Assembly: GCA_964016885.1 (NCBI GenBank)
Contig: OZ024743.1
Coordinates: forward strand, 356,624,001 to 356,688,000
Direction: 5' to 3'
DNA from: Eledone cirrhosa
Lineage: Eukaryota
Length of the DNA: 64,000 nucleotides
Position 1 is the stretch's first letter. Every line of letters begins with the position of its first letter. This document shows positions 1 through 16,679 of this stretch, one piece after another. A program made the position numbers and the translations under genes. The notes under the pieces were generated by a model. That model worked only from the letters and a program-made list of their open reading frames with translations, was not told the origin of the DNA and did not search any database.

Positions 1-290
1 ATACATACATACATATATATATATACATACATACATATATATATATATATACATACATACATACATATATATATATACATACATACATACATATACATAC
101 ATACATACATATATATATATACATACATACACACATATATATATAAATATATATACATACATATATATATATATATACATATATACATACATATATATAT
201 ATATATATACATATATACATACATACATATATATATATATACATATATACATACATACATATATATATATATACATATATACATACATAC

Positions 291-337
<47 letters not shown>

Positions 338-350
338 CATATATATATAC

Positions 351-427
<77 letters not shown>

Positions 428-444
428 CATATATACATACATAT

Positions 445-475
<31 letters not shown>

Positions 476-533
476 CATACATACATATATATATATATAC
501 ATATATACATACATATATATATATATACATACA

Positions 534-587
<54 letters not shown>

Positions 588-596
588 CATACATAT

Positions 597-627
<31 letters not shown>

Positions 628-678
628 CATATATACATATATATACATACATATACATACATATATATATACATACAT

Positions 679-711
<33 letters not shown>

Positions 712-748
712 CATACATATATATATACATACATATATATATATATAT

Positions 749-779
<31 letters not shown>

Positions 780-870
780 CATATACATACACATATATAC
801 ATACATACATATACATATATATACATACATATATATACATATATACATATATATACATATATATACATAT
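1..870. repeat. (TA)n/(TACA)n compound microsatellite
   Basis: Almost entirely TA and TACA units. Confidence 0.97.
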
Positions 871-1256
871 GGTGGCTGCCAACTCGTTTTCGAGTACGGC
901 CACTACTTTATATCCATGTAGGAGAACCCCTACCGATGCGCTGAACGAGTGTGACTTTTCAGTCCAGCCAGCGACTTGAAAACTCTGCTACAAACACTAC
1001 ACTTGTGACAATGATTGACACACAGTGCTGGGCCCATGGTACCATGTGACGACAAGTGCAGAGAGATCTCCAGATATAAAGCAATGCCTGTGCCGTGAAG
1101 CTTTTATAGTGAGCAAAGGCACTGCACAAAGCCAGTCCCACTCTCTTAACCAAGATGATATTTACCAAAAAGAAGAACAAGTCAACATCATTGGATACCA
1201 TCAGGGTTGCAGGTGTTATATCAGAGTTTTCCTTCTCCTAGAATTCTGCCTTGACA
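871..1256 (-). mobile_element. Short retroposon family A, copy 1 (5'-truncated; C2H2 zinc-finger remnant plus 3' hairpin; probably RTE-derived)
   Basis: Near-identical to 4106-4508, 8058-8670 and 16957-17340; all share the same left end; minus strand encodes [19 protein letters not shown] followed by a stop. Confidence 0.75.
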
Positions 1257-1392
1257 TACATACATACATACAAACGTGAATATATATATATATATACATA
1301 CAAATGTGTATATATATGTATACATACAAATGTGTATATATATGTATATATATACATACAAACGTGTATATATATATATATATACAGACATG

Positions 1393-1431
<39 letters not shown>

Positions 1432-1510
1432 ATATATACAAGCATATATATATATATATATACATACATACATACATACAAACGTGTGTGTGAGTGTGTA
1501 TATATATCTA
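1257..1510. repeat. TA/TACA-rich microsatellite
   Basis: Low-complexity TA with CA/TG interruptions. Confidence 0.9.
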
Positions 1511-1523
1511 TATGTCATAGATA

Positions 1524-3812
1524 ACTTTCTTTTTATTTGCCACCAGGGCATCAAAGAGTGGGACAAGTACAATGGGGGGAGTTTACATAACAAGGCGTCC
1601 TCAATAAGGAGGAGGCAATAACAAAATATAAAAATATAAAATATAACAAAAATAAATTGAATAACAAAATCCTCAATAGGGAGGAGGCGCCTTGTGGGGT
1701 CGCACACACCCCCGAAAAAAGTGTGCAACCCTTCTCCTCAGGAGCACAGAGACAGGGTTCTCCCTTGATTTTTCATCTTCCTCACCTACAGTCTGATGTA
1801 GAGTGAAGGCCCATTCACACGGGCCATTCTCGCCACTTTCACCCATCTTTCCTAAAAACGGCTCGAGTGCAGCACCTCTCTCTCCATCCTGATCCTTCTT
1901 CCGAAATGATATCGGAAGAAACGGACGAGTTGTTGGCCAGAGAGAAAGGTGTCTGACCTCAGTCCTTTCAGACGCGTCGACCATAAAACCTCTTTCGCCA
2001 TGGCTATTACGCACAGAAACACTGCCTCTCCTTCGTTTTTGAAGAGGGGAGGCGGCTTGATCGTTACAATAGACTCGGTGGTCAACCGGATCGGTACCAC
2101 CCGTGACAGCAGTCGTTCCACATAGCCCCACAGATCGGCAATGCCCGAGCAGTGTACCAATGCGTGTGTAACTGTTTCCTCGTCGCACGCGCATCTGGGA
2201 CAGATCTTTTTCGAAGGGTCCCTACCCGGGCGCCCGTGTCTGTAGAGCCTTTCTCGAACGGGCAGAGCCCCTCGGTAGCACTGCCAGGCCAGGGACCACT
2301 GGAAATTATCCATAGGTCCCGGGCTGAATGTCCTACCGAACAGGTTGGCCAGTTCGTTTTCCTCCATGCCTAGGGCTTCTCCGAGGGCGTCGTCGCACCT
2401 GCTAACCACCAGCCCTCTATAGAATGACGAGGTGGGTTCTCCACTGACAGCCGGGTCCGCCTGCCAGAGAGTCGTGAGCGCCTGGGCACACTCGGTGTGC
2501 CAGGCGCCCAGTTTTCTCGGTCTTTGCTTGACCCAGGATTGCAGCTCGGTGAACGAGACGAGTCTGGGAAAGGCTGGCCTCACAAACGGGGCCCACGACG
2601 GTTGACCGGTGAGGAATACCTCGAGGTACTGTAGTCTTAATGCGTGTTTACGCATGACCAGCCACGGCATCATCAGCCACGGCATCATCAGCCACGGCAT
2701 CCCCAGCCCTCCTTTCGAAGAGTGTTGACCGCATATGGATCTCCTCACCATAGGAGCCCGCTTCTTCCAAAGGAATTGCAAGAGTGCGCGCTCCATTTTG
2801 GCGAGCGTTTCCCTTGGGCAAGGCACGACGGTCAGGCGGTAGTAGATGACGGACGGTATATAAGTGTTCGCCACCTCCGCCCGACCTTTGCACTCGGCCC
2901 ACCTGGAGGATTGGTCCGAACCAGACCACGAGCAACTTCACCGGGCCCTCCGTCCAGCGCCCGACGACGCCATCAGAGGGCATCGATCTGCGCCTCCACG
3001 TGCCGAGTTGCAGACCGATCGACTTGTCCCGGTTCAGCTTAGCCCCCGTAAACCTTTCGTACTCCTCCAGTAAGGTGCCGATCGCCCTGATTTCCGAGGC
3101 CGTCGACACCATTACTTATACGTCATCGGCGTAGGCCGACACCGCTTTCCGCAATCCCGGTTCCAACGGGATGCCCTGCAACAACTCCAACTTCCGCAGC
3201 AGTGGCTCTAGAGTCATTACATACAAAAGGGAGGAGAGAGGGCACCCTTGTCGGATGGACCCGCGCGATGTCGAACGGTTCCGAGAGGTAGCTGTTCACC
3301 TTGACCCTAAAGCAGAGTCGGCTGCTGTGCATGGCATTGATCCAGCCCCTGAAAACGGGTCCGAAGCCAGCCGCCGCTAGCACCGCATCCAGGTAACCAT
3401 GGTCGACCCTATCGAACGCCTTAGATTGATCCAAGTTGATCAGGGCCCCACCAAAGCCGGGTTCGTTCCCAACACTCTCTATGATGTATCGCATGAGGTG
3501 GAGGTTGTCGTGAATGGACCTGGAGGGGATAGCACATGTCTGCGCATCTCCCACCAGGTTGCCCACGACAAGCGCCAGCCTCATTGCTAGCACCTTGGCC
3601 AAAATCTGTAACTCTGTATTTAGCAGAGTTATGGGCAGAAATTATTTATATCGTCCCCTTGTTCTCGTCTTTCCTCACTAGCGTTACTACGCCCTTGGTG
3701 ACAGCACAGGGAATTCTCCCGTTCTGTTGCCAGTTGCAGTAGACCGCCTCGAGGAGTTCGGGGAACAAGTCCGGCATAGCTAGATATAGTTCGTATGGAA
3801 GACCATCGAGAC
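1524..3812 (-). mobile_element. Tx1/L1-clade non-LTR retrotransposon, 5'-truncated and frameshifted ORF2 (RT plus zf-RVT)
   Basis: DGLPYELY, ITLLN, LAKVLAMRL, NLDQSKAFDRVDH, AYADDV (about 3120-3136), GGLGMP and CPRC..EETVTHALVHC; 3' UTR with AATAAA near 1535. Confidence 0.9.
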
Positions 3813-3813
3813 T

Positions 3814-3814
<1 letters not shown>

Positions 3815-3860
<46 letters not shown>

Positions 3861-3866
3861 TAGATA
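3815..3866. repeat. (GATA)n microsatellite abutting the Tx1 5' end
   Basis: About 12 GATA units. Confidence 0.95.
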
Positions 3867-3867
3867 T

Positions 3868-3962
3868 AATTGTTTCTACTTTAGGCACAAGGCCAGCAAT
3901 TACCCAGTGCTTTATGTTATCGACCCCGTAAGGATGAAAGGCAGTTAACCTGGGCGGGATTT
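3868..3962 (-). mobile_element. SINE family B fragment
   Basis: Matches body and tail of 55021-55208 (cctttcatccttacggggtcgataa; gccttgtgcctaaagtagaaacaatt). Confidence 0.8.
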
Positions 3963-3989
3963 ATATATAATAAATATATATATACATAG

Positions 3990-4070
3990 GAGAAAACTCT
4001 TAGTGTGAAGTTTGGGTTGAAATAAATCTTTTGCGACATCAGTCCTGGAACTTTTCTGACCCACCTCGGA
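3990..4070. mobile_element. Tc1/mariner terminal inverted repeat fragment
   Basis: Minus strand reads ta-tccgaggtgggtcagaaaagttccaggact, resembling mariner TIR starts, next to TA; partner TIR not found. Confidence 0.45.
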
Positions 4071-4105
4071 TATATATATATACATACATACATATATATA
4101 TACAT

Positions 4106-4508
4106 GGTAGCTGCCAACTCGTTTTTCGAGTACGGCCACTACTTTATATCCATGTAGGAGAACCCCTACCGATGCACTGAACGAGTGTGACGTTTTAGTC
4201 CAGCCAGCGACTTGAAAACTCTGCTACAAACACTACACTTGTGACAATTATTGACAGTGCTGGGCCCATGGTACCATGTGACGACAAGTGCAGAGAGATC
4301 TCCAGATATAAAGCAATGCCTGTGCCGTGAAAATTTTATAGTGAGCAAAGGCACTGCACAAAGCCAGTCCCACTCTCTTAACCAAGATGATATTTACCAA
4401 AAAGAAGAACAAGTCAACATCATTGGATACCATCAGGGTTGCAGGTTTATATCAGAGTTTTCCTTCTCCTAGAATTCTGCCTTGACAAAGGCTAAGGGTC
4501 ATCTCTCT
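4106..4508 (-). mobile_element. Short retroposon family A, copy 2
   Basis: ORF 4166-4354 ends [26 protein letters not shown]; same 3' end as other copies. Confidence 0.75.
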
Positions 4509-4510
4509 CG

Positions 4511-5483
<973 letters not shown>

Positions 5484-6738
5484 ATGCTCTGCCAATTCTA
5501 ACGCCAACATTTGGCCTGCTGAACTGGTCATTGCAAGAACTAAGTGACATGGATGTTAGAACTTGCAAACTTCTCAGTGTTACTGGGAACTTTAACATCA
5601 ATGGTGATGTGGATAGGCTATATTTCTCACGCAAGGAAGGTGGCCGGGGTCTGAAATCCATCATATGAGACCCGGATAGTAACACTGAAGCAACACCTTC
5701 AACAGAGGAAAAAGGTTGGCAACCATCTTGCCCAGATTTATGAGTATAAAAGAAATATATCATTAGAATAGCCACTGATCTGGAGGAGAGATATGGAATA
5801 AAGCCTGATATAAATCTTCTCATCCAGAGAAATCGGAAGAACCTATTCACTGTTCAAACAAGATGAAAAAATTGACCAATTTACGGAAAAAGTTGTGCAG
5901 TGCATGGATACTTGAGACGTAAAACACAGACCATAGAGGGGATAAACCACTCAAAAAGCCTGGCATGGAGTTCCGACAAGTTTATGAGATTACACCTTGA
6001 GGGATATCTCTATGCAATGCAGGAACAAGAACTCCCTACCAAATATCTGCCGCACAAAAGGGGAGGGCCATCAGCTGACAATAAATGTAGGCTATGTAAA
6101 ACAAAGATCGAGGATGTAAGCCACGTTGTTGCCAGCTGTGAAAGAATGTTATCTCGCTACTACCTCCCCATGGGACACGATGGGATAGCTAGAACCATCT
6201 GGAACGCACTTCGGAAAACAAAATTAACAACAAACGAGGAAGAATATATTGAAACAGATGGCACTAAGGAATACTGGTGGAACCTGAAAATAAAAACTGC
6301 CACCAAATTAAAGCACAACCGGCCTGATATTGTAGTTTGGGACCACACATTGAAAACGTGTTCTGTTGTGGAGATCAGCTGCCCACTTGATGTAAATGTT
6401 GTCAGAAAAATACAGGAGAAGGAGGACATCTACGGACCATTGATGAGGAGTTTACAAATCCAGTATCCAAGATACACCTTTAGCTTCATACACATCATTA
6501 TCGGAGCTATGGGTTATATACCAACCCGTTTGGACCAAAGTATGACTGAACGTGAATTTGCGGACATAGAGCGCAGCTCCCTAATTCATAGTCTACAAAT
6601 GGCTGCGATAGCTGACACCTTCAAATTTTGCAAAACATTCTTACGATTCAAGGAATGACAATTTCTTTTCTTTTACAACCTTGCCACCAGGAAGGTGGCC
6701 AGTCAAAAAATATACTCAAAATTAAGAGAAAAAGATAA
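5484..6738 (+). mobile_element. R4/Dong-like non-LTR retrotransposon 3' part (CCHC knuckle plus restriction-like endonuclease), degenerate
   Basis: [13 protein letters not shown] near 5615-5655; ORF 5900-6658 with EGYLYAMQEQ, CRLC..IEDVSHVVASC, HDGIAR, HNRPDIVVWD, VEISCP, KEDIY and IIIGAMG. Confidence 0.85.
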
Positions 6739-7286
6739 CATACATACATACATAGATATATACATACATATATATACATACATACATATATATACATACA
6801 TACATACATATATATATATACATACATACATATATATATACATACATACATACATATATATATTATATTATACATACATACATACATATATATACATACA
6901 TACATACATACATATATATATATACATATATACATACATATATATACATACATACATACATACATATATATATATACATATATACATACATACATATATA
7001 TATATACATATATACATATATATATATACATATATACATATATATATATACATATATACATATATATATATACATACATACATACATATATATATATACA
7101 TACATACATACATACATATACATACATACATACATACATATATATACATACATACATACATATATATACATACATACATACATATATATATACATACATA
7201 CATATACATACATACATATATACATACATACATACATATACATACATACATATATACATACATACATATATACATACATACATACA

Positions 7287-7320
<34 letters not shown>

Positions 7321-7341
7321 CATACATATACATACATATAT

Positions 7342-7374
<33 letters not shown>

Positions 7375-7469
7375 CATACATACATATACATACATACATA
7401 CATATACATACATATATATATATACATGCATACATATATATACATACATACATACATACATACATACAT

Positions 7470-7551
<82 letters not shown>

Positions 7552-7681
7552 ATACATACATACATACATACATATATATACATATATATATATATATACA
7601 TACATATATATATATACACACATATATATATATACACATATATATATATACATATATATATATATACATATATATATATAC

Positions 7682-7762
<81 letters not shown>

Positions 7763-7849
7763 CATATACATATACATATATATATACATATATATATATA
7801 TACATATACATATATATATACATATATATATACATATATATATATATAC

Positions 7850-7880
<31 letters not shown>

Positions 7881-7893
7881 CATATATATATAC

Positions 7894-7924
<31 letters not shown>

Positions 7925-7949
7925 CATATATATATACATATATATATAC

Positions 7950-7980
<31 letters not shown>

Positions 7981-8057
7981 CATATATATATACATATATA
8001 TATACATATATATATACATATATATATACATATATATATATATGTACATATATATAT
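6739..8057. repeat. (TACA)n/(CA)n/(TA)n compound microsatellite
   Basis: Direct inspection. Confidence 0.97.
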
Positions 8058-8670
8058 GGTGGCTGCCAACTCGTTTTCGAGTACGGCCACTACTTTATAT
8101 CCATGTAGGAGAACCCCTACCGATGTGCTGAACAAGTGTGACTTTTTAGTCCAGCCAGCGACTTGAAAACTCTGGTACAAACACTACACTTGTGACAATT
8201 ATTGACACATAGTGCTGGGCCTATGGTACCATGTGATGACAAGTGCAGAGAGACCTCCAGATATAAAGCATTGCCTGTGCCGTGAAGCTTTTATAGTGAG
8301 CAAAGGCACTGCACAAAGCCAGTCCCACTCTCTTAACCAAGATGATATTTACCAAAAAGAAGAACAAGTCAACATCATTGGATACCATCAGGGTTGCAGG
8401 TGTTATATCAGAGTTTTCCTTCTCCTAGAATTCTGCCTTGACAAAGGCTACGGGGTCATCTCTCCCAGTGATTTTGGATGGCCATTGACTCTTAAGAGCT
8501 CCTTTGCCCTTTGACAGGTTTTGTTTTTAGTCCTGCAGGATGTCCAAAGTAACCCTCCTCACCAAGAAACCTTGGTGGGGGTTGCCAGTTTAGTCGCCAA
8601 CGACCCGACCATGTGACAGGTTGTACTGGGATACATGTTACCAGTAGCACCAAGTGGTGACCTGACATAA
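8058..8670 (-). mobile_element. Short retroposon family A, copy 3 (longest, about 610 bp)
   Basis: Extends further 5' than the other copies; contains ctaggagaaggaaaactctgatataacacc on the minus strand. Confidence 0.75.
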
Positions 8671-10398
<1,728 letters not shown>

Positions 10399-12830
10399 CA
10401 TCATCATCATCATCATCATCACCGTTTTACGTCCATTCTTCAACGCTAGCATGGGTTAGACGGGTTGTCCTGTTGTGGGCAGTGTCTGGTCGGCTGACCA
10501 TGCCTTGCTCATACAGGAACTGATCTGGCTTGATTTCTACAGCTGGATGCCCTTCCTAACACCAACCTCATTTACAGTGAGTGCTGGGTGCTTTTTCGTG
10601 GCGCCTACACGTCCACTTTACAGTGTGGGCTGGGTGCTTTTTTGCCGTGGCACCTTCACGCCCACCTTGCGGTGGGGGGGGGGGGGGGGGGGGCATATTG
10701 TCTATATGCTTCAGAATGTACCCATGAGAGGTCGGGTACCCTGTATTACTGCGTGACGCCAGAAGTCACGGTCGTGTGTCATTGACTTTGAGAGGTGTAG
10801 TTGGGTAAGGTCGGCTTTTATCACCTCATCCCAAGTCATCTTGGGTCTCCCCACTCCGCGGTTTCCATCAACTTCTAGTGCTCTGCACCTATTTATGCAG
10901 CTGTCATCCTTCATACGCATCACATGTCCATACCAGCGTAACCGCCTCTCCTGCACGCAGCATTTGATTCCTCTTATGCTCAGTCTCTCTCTCAATTCAT
11001 TTATGCTTTGTCGTTCACGTATATTACTGTTACACATCCATCGGAGCATGCAGGCTTCGTTTCTCTCTAATCTACGTAAGTCTTCCACCTTCAGCGCCCA
11101 GGTCTCACTACCATGCAACATCGCTGTTCGGATACACGCATCATACAGTCTGCCTTTCATTCTGAGGGAGAAGCCTTTTGCAGCTAGCAGTGGTAGTAGT
11201 TCCCTAAACTTCTTCCATCCCGTTCTTACCCTAGTTATTGTACTTTCTGAGCACCCACCTCCGTTGCTAATTCGGTCACCTAGGTAGTAGAAGCTGTCTA
11301 CTGTTTCTACAGGGCCCTCCCAGAGATTGGTGGTACTTGTTTCCTGTGGCTGTTTGCTTGCTGTTTCAGCACAGCTGCTGCATGTGAATCCTACATTCTT
11401 AATTAAGCTTCCTGAGATCCCGCTACATCTCTTGTGTACCCATTGTTTGCATTTGGGGCAAAGAATGGAGTTCCTACCTACACCTTTCCTACATACTGAG
11501 CAAGGCCATTTCCCTGAGGGGATCTGGGTTCTGTTTTCTCGTCTACTTATAAGGACCTTAGTCTTTGTCATGTTGACTTTGAGGCCCTTTCTCTCTAGTC
11601 CCTGCTTCCAGGTTTGGAATTTATTCTCTAGTTCTACCATAGATTCAGCTATGAGTGCGAGGTCATCAGCATACAGGAGTTCCCATGGGCATCCGGTCTT
11701 AAACTCCTCCGTTATTGCCTGCAGGACTATGATGAACAGGAGAGGGCTAAGAACAGAGCCCTGGTGGACCCCAACCTGTACGCTAAATTCCTCGCTATAC
11801 TCATTGCCAATCCTAACTTTGCTGACTGCTCCCCTATACATGGCTTGTACCGCTTTCACAAGCCATTCATCTACTCCTAGTTTTCTAAGAGCCCACCAGA
11901 TTACTGCACGTGGAACTCTGTCAAAGGCTTTCTCAAGGTCGACAAATGCCAAGTAGAGTGGCTTACTTTTAGCTAGGTACTTTTCCTGTAATTGCCTCAC
12001 AAGGAAGAGCGCATCAGTGGTGCCTTTCCCTGGTACAAACCCAAATTGCATCTCGTCTATATTCACCCGGTCCCTAATCAGCTGTGCTATAACTCTTTCT
12101 GTTACTTTCATGACCTGGTCCATCAACTTTATACCTCTATAGTTTCCTCTATCTAGTGCATCGCCTTTACCTTTGTAACAGTTGACAATGATGCTACTGC
12201 ACCAATCTTTTGGTATGGCCCCCTCTAGTATTACCTGGTTAACGATACGTGTGGTTATAGTGTGACCTACAGACCCAGATGCCTTCAGCATCTCGGCAGC
12301 TATACCCGATGGACCGGTTGCCTTCCCTATCTTCATATCTCTGATTGCCTTACTTACTACGCTGCCGCTGACTTGTACTGCTGGTCCCTCTATAGGGTCT
12401 ACGTGGGGTAGGGTCTCTTCTTCCCATGCATTCTCCTCATTTAGTAATCTATCATAATGACTCTTCCATGCATCTTTCTTCTCAGCACTTGTGAGGGCAA
12501 GCTCACCTTTATCATTCCGGATACACTTCTCTCCAATGACATCACAACTATCTCTGACACACTGCCTCGCAATCTTGAATACCTCCTGTTTCTGGTCCTC
12601 ACGTTGTAAAACATGCTTGAATTTTCTATCCTCTGCTTCCCTCCTAGCTAAGTATACTTGTCGCCTAGCTTCCCTCTTGGTCTCTATGTAATGTACCCTG
12701 CTCCCCCCGTTCTTCCATTCTTTCCATGCCTGTCTCTTGGCCTTGACTGCTTCATCTACCTTATTGTTCCACCACCAAGTCACTCTCCTCCTGCTTGAGG
12801 TCTTACTCCAGCCACAAACCTCATCCATCG
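10399..12830 (-). mobile_element. RTE-clade LINE (family RTE-1), 5'-truncated, with (GAT)n tail
   Basis: Contains ORF 10711-12828; 3' UTR with tggtgttaggaagggcatccagctgtagaaa; (cat)n at 10399-10420. Confidence 0.93.
10711..12828 (-). CDS. RTE reverse transcriptase ORF, uninterrupted 705 aa, N-terminal endonuclease missing
   Basis: [73 protein letters not shown] and GRPKMTW. Confidence 0.9.
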   Translation of the reverse strand: MDEVCGWSKTSSRRRVTWWWNNKVDEAVKAKRQAWKEWKNGGSRVHYIETKREARRQVYLARREAEDRKFKHVLQREDQKQEVFKIARQCVRDSCDVIGEKCIRNDKGELALTSAEKKDAWKSHYDRLLNEENAWEEETLPHVDPIEGPAVQVSGSVVSKAIRDMKIGKATGPSGIAAEMLKASGSVGHTITTRIVNQVILEGAIPKDWCSSIIVNCYKGKGDALDRGNYRGIKLMDQVMKVTERVIAQLIRDRVNIDEMQFGFVPGKGTTDALFLVRQLQEKYLAKSKPLYLAFVDLEKAFDRVPRAVIWWALRKLGVDEWLVKAVQAMYRGAVSKVRIGNEYSEEFSVQVGVHQGSVLSPLLFIIVLQAITEEFKTGCPWELLYADDLALIAESMVELENKFQTWKQGLERKGLKVNMTKTKVLISRRENRTQIPSGKWPCSVCRKGVGRNSILCPKCKQWVHKRCSGISGSLIKNVGFTCSSCAETASKQPQETSTTNLWEGPVETVDSFYYLGDRISNGGGCSESTITRVRTGWKKFRELLPLLAAKGFSLRMKGRLYDACIRTAMLHGSETWALKVEDLRRLERNEACMLRWMCNSNIRERQSINELRERLSIRGIKCCVQERRLRWYGHVMRMKDDSCINRCRALEVDGNRGVGRPKMTWDEVIKADLTQLHLSKSMTHDRDFWRHAVIQGTRPLMGTF

Positions 12831-12855
12831 CCTAAATAAAAAATAATAATAAATA

Positions 12856-13118
<263 letters not shown>

Positions 13119-13119
13119 T

Positions 13120-13970
13120 TTACGGAGGTACCAGGTCTTTCTACTATCTTAATATTGAGATTATGTTTCTTTAGGGCCCTTCTAAATTTGTAGGCTAAAT
13201 ATAGTGTACATAGGTGAGACAGCTCGTAGTATAGGGGAACGAATAAATGAACACTGGCGAGACCTCCAAGATAGTAAAGAATCATCTGTGCTCTACCAAC
13301 ATGCTAAGATAGAACACAGGGGTAAATTAGAGAGCATAGAAATAAAAATAGAATCCACACACAAGAAAGACGCAATGTTTAGGCAAATTACAGAGGCAGT
13401 AAGCATAAAAGAATTAAAACCAAAATTAAATAGAAAATATGAGTGGAACAGCAACATCACAACTTACAATTAAGGACAAAATGAAAACACACACACACAT
13501 ATATAAACAACTTACAATTGAAAACACACACAAAATGAAAACACACACAAGACAAAATGAAAACACACACACACATAGAACAAACAACCAACCAACAATA
13601 AATAAATAAATAAACAAACAAATATAAATAGAAAAATAGAAAAATGAACACAAACACACACAGACACCCGGATGTGGCGCATGCGCAAACTGAGCACGCA
13701 ACCCACACACAAACAAAATGGCGTAGGATAGAAGAAAGGAAAGGCACAGAAACGAAGAAAGAAATCCCCAGTCACTGAAGAGGTCACAGAGTGTGTGACG
13801 AAAGAACTATGACTATATATATATAAACAACTATCTGGTTGTGGAACCAACCAACCAACCAGAAATTTATAAATTTGTAAATTTATAAATATATATTAAA
13901 TTAAATTGAAGTGAAAGCAACTGGTGCGTGTGTTTCTTATTGGCAACATGACCCTCCCAAAGTATAACAA
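13120..13970 (+). mobile_element. Penelope-like element 3' remnant: GIY-YIG C-terminus, short 5' inverted piece and hammerhead-bearing tail
   Basis: ORF 13204-13473 [36 protein letters not shown]; 13120-13202 on minus strand encodes [17 protein letters not shown] (PLE linker-like). Confidence 0.8.
13770..13814 (+). ncRNA. Minimal type-I hammerhead ribozyme motif
   Basis: agtca-CTGAAGA-g-GTCACA gagtg TGTGAC-GAAA-g aa c-TA-tgact; stems I and II pair. Confidence 0.7.
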
Positions 13971-13997
13971 TATATATATATACATATATATAAATAT

Positions 13998-14072
<75 letters not shown>

Positions 14073-14108
14073 CATATATATATATATATACATACATATA
14101 TATATATA

Positions 14109-14190
14109 TTGTTATACTTTGGGAGGGTATAACAATATCGGTTTCAACACACGATTTCAGATAAAGAATCTTGCTAAACAAATTCAGAAA

Positions 14191-14192
<2 letters not shown>
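14109..14192 (-). mobile_element. Terminal fragment of a repeat ending accctcccaaagtataacaa (probably Penelope-related)
   Basis: Reverse-complement match to 54508-54590; same terminus at 13951-13970. Confidence 0.55.
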
Positions 14193-14231
<39 letters not shown>

Positions 14232-14245
14232 CATATATATATATA

Positions 14246-14706
14246 TCATCATCATCAACGTTTAACGTCCGTGTTCCACGCTTGCATGGGTTTGGACGGG
14301 GGTATATATATATATATATATACAATGTCACTGGACCGAGATCTTTGGCGGTACTCAGTAATAGAGAAGACCCGCCTTACCTGAAATACAAAGTAAAGCC
14401 TACTACAGTCAGTAGGCATCTCTAACAAAATACACCCCCGTCCCACCACCCCCACCCCATCCACACCGCCCCTTTCAATGTAAAGTTGTGTTGGTGCCAC
14501 AACATCCAAGCCGAAATAAATGAGATCGTGTAGGTGTCACGACAAAAAAAAACACAAAGTCCACGCTGTAATGTGGCCGTGTAGGCAACACGGTAAAAAC
14601 CTTCCAGCCCCAACCGTAAATGTGGTTGGTGTTAGGAAGGGCATCCACCTGTAGAAAACCTGCCAGACAGTCCTATGCGAGCAAGATAATCACTCTTGCT
14701 TCAAGT
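14246..14706. mobile_element. RTE-2 3' fragment with internal inversion
   Basis: 14246-14302 is the RTE-2 tail on the minus strand; 14322-14706 is the upstream-adjacent part on the plus strand (compare 33703-34160). Confidence 0.85.
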
Positions 14707-14979
14707 TTAATTTCTGCCTGACCAACAGCCGCACTGCATAATCAGCTCCTGATTATTTACTAGATTTCTATAAGAATATAACATCAATGATCTCGGTAGA
14801 CAGGTGGGGTAGTTGGCCTTGATAAGCTTCAACCAAAGCGATCCAAGTCTTGTCGGCTTATCTCCCCTGTTTGCTGAGATCAAAATGAGTTAATTTGTCA
14901 CTACTTTAAAACAATAGCTTACGGTCTTCAAAATGCTTTTAATTAAGCATAAAGTGTATTGCAAAATACATTATATTTA

Positions 14980-15383
14980 CATACGTACATATATATATAT
15001 ATATATACATACATATATATATATATATACATACATATATCTATATATATATACCTATATATATATACATACATATATATATATACATATATATATATAC
15101 ATACATATATCTATATATATATACCTATATATATATATACATACATATATATATATACATACATATACCTATATATATATACATACATACATCTATATAT
15201 ATATATACATACATACATATATATATATACATACATATATCTATATACATACATATATCTATATATATATACCTATATATATATACCTATATATATATAC
15301 ATACATACATCTATATATATATATACCTATATATATATACATACATATATCTATATACACATATATCTATATATATATACCTA

Positions 15384-15423
<40 letters not shown>

Positions 15424-15590
15424 CATACATATATATATACATACATACATACATATATACATACATACATATATACATACATACATATATATATATACAT
15501 ACATACATATATATATACATACATACATATATATATACATACATACATATATACATACATACATATATATATACATACATACATATATAT

Positions 15591-15623
<33 letters not shown>

Positions 15624-15680
15624 TATATACATACATATATATATACATATATACATACATACATATATATATATACATAT

Positions 15681-15713
<33 letters not shown>

Positions 15714-16064
15714 TACATACATCTATATATATATATATATATATACATACATACATATATACATACATACATATATACATACATACATCTATATATACAT
15801 ACATACATCTATATATATATACATACATCTATATATACATACATCTATATATACATATATATATGTACATATATATATACATACATATATATATACATAT
15901 ATATATACATATATATATACATATATATATGTACATATATATATGTACATATATATATACATATATATATACATATATATATGTACATATATATATATAT
16001 ACATATATATATATGTACATATATATATGTACATATATATATATATACATATATATATATGTAC

Positions 16065-16095
<31 letters not shown>

Positions 16096-16335
16096 CATAT
16101 ATATATATACATACATACATACATACATATATATATATATACATGCATATATATATATACATACATATATATATATACATACATATATATATATACATAC
16201 ATATATATATATACATACATATATATATATACATACATATATATATATACATACATATACATATATACATATATATATATACATACATATATATATATAC
16301 ATACATACATATATATACATACATACATACATACA

Positions 16336-16367
<32 letters not shown>

Positions 16368-16503
16368 CATATATATATATACATACATATATATATATAC
16401 ATACATATATATATATACATACATATACATATATACATATATATATATACATACATATATATATATACATACATACATATATATACATACATACATACAT
16501 ACA

Positions 16504-16535
<32 letters not shown>

Positions 16536-16536
16536 C

Positions 16537-16567
<31 letters not shown>

Positions 16568-16642
16568 CATACATATATATACATATATATATATATATAC
16601 ATACATATATATATATATATACATACATATATATATACATAC

Positions 16643-16679
<37 letters not shown>

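Noticed and set aside
4166-4354. Host C2H2 zinc-finger gene exon
   Set aside because: Single finger in a four-copy repeat with frame-breaking indels and truncations
10841-12691. Plus-strand ORFs overlapping the RTE ORF (also 24441-24887 and 32761-33576 on minus)
   Set aside because: Antisense shadows of RT coding sequence with no independent motifs
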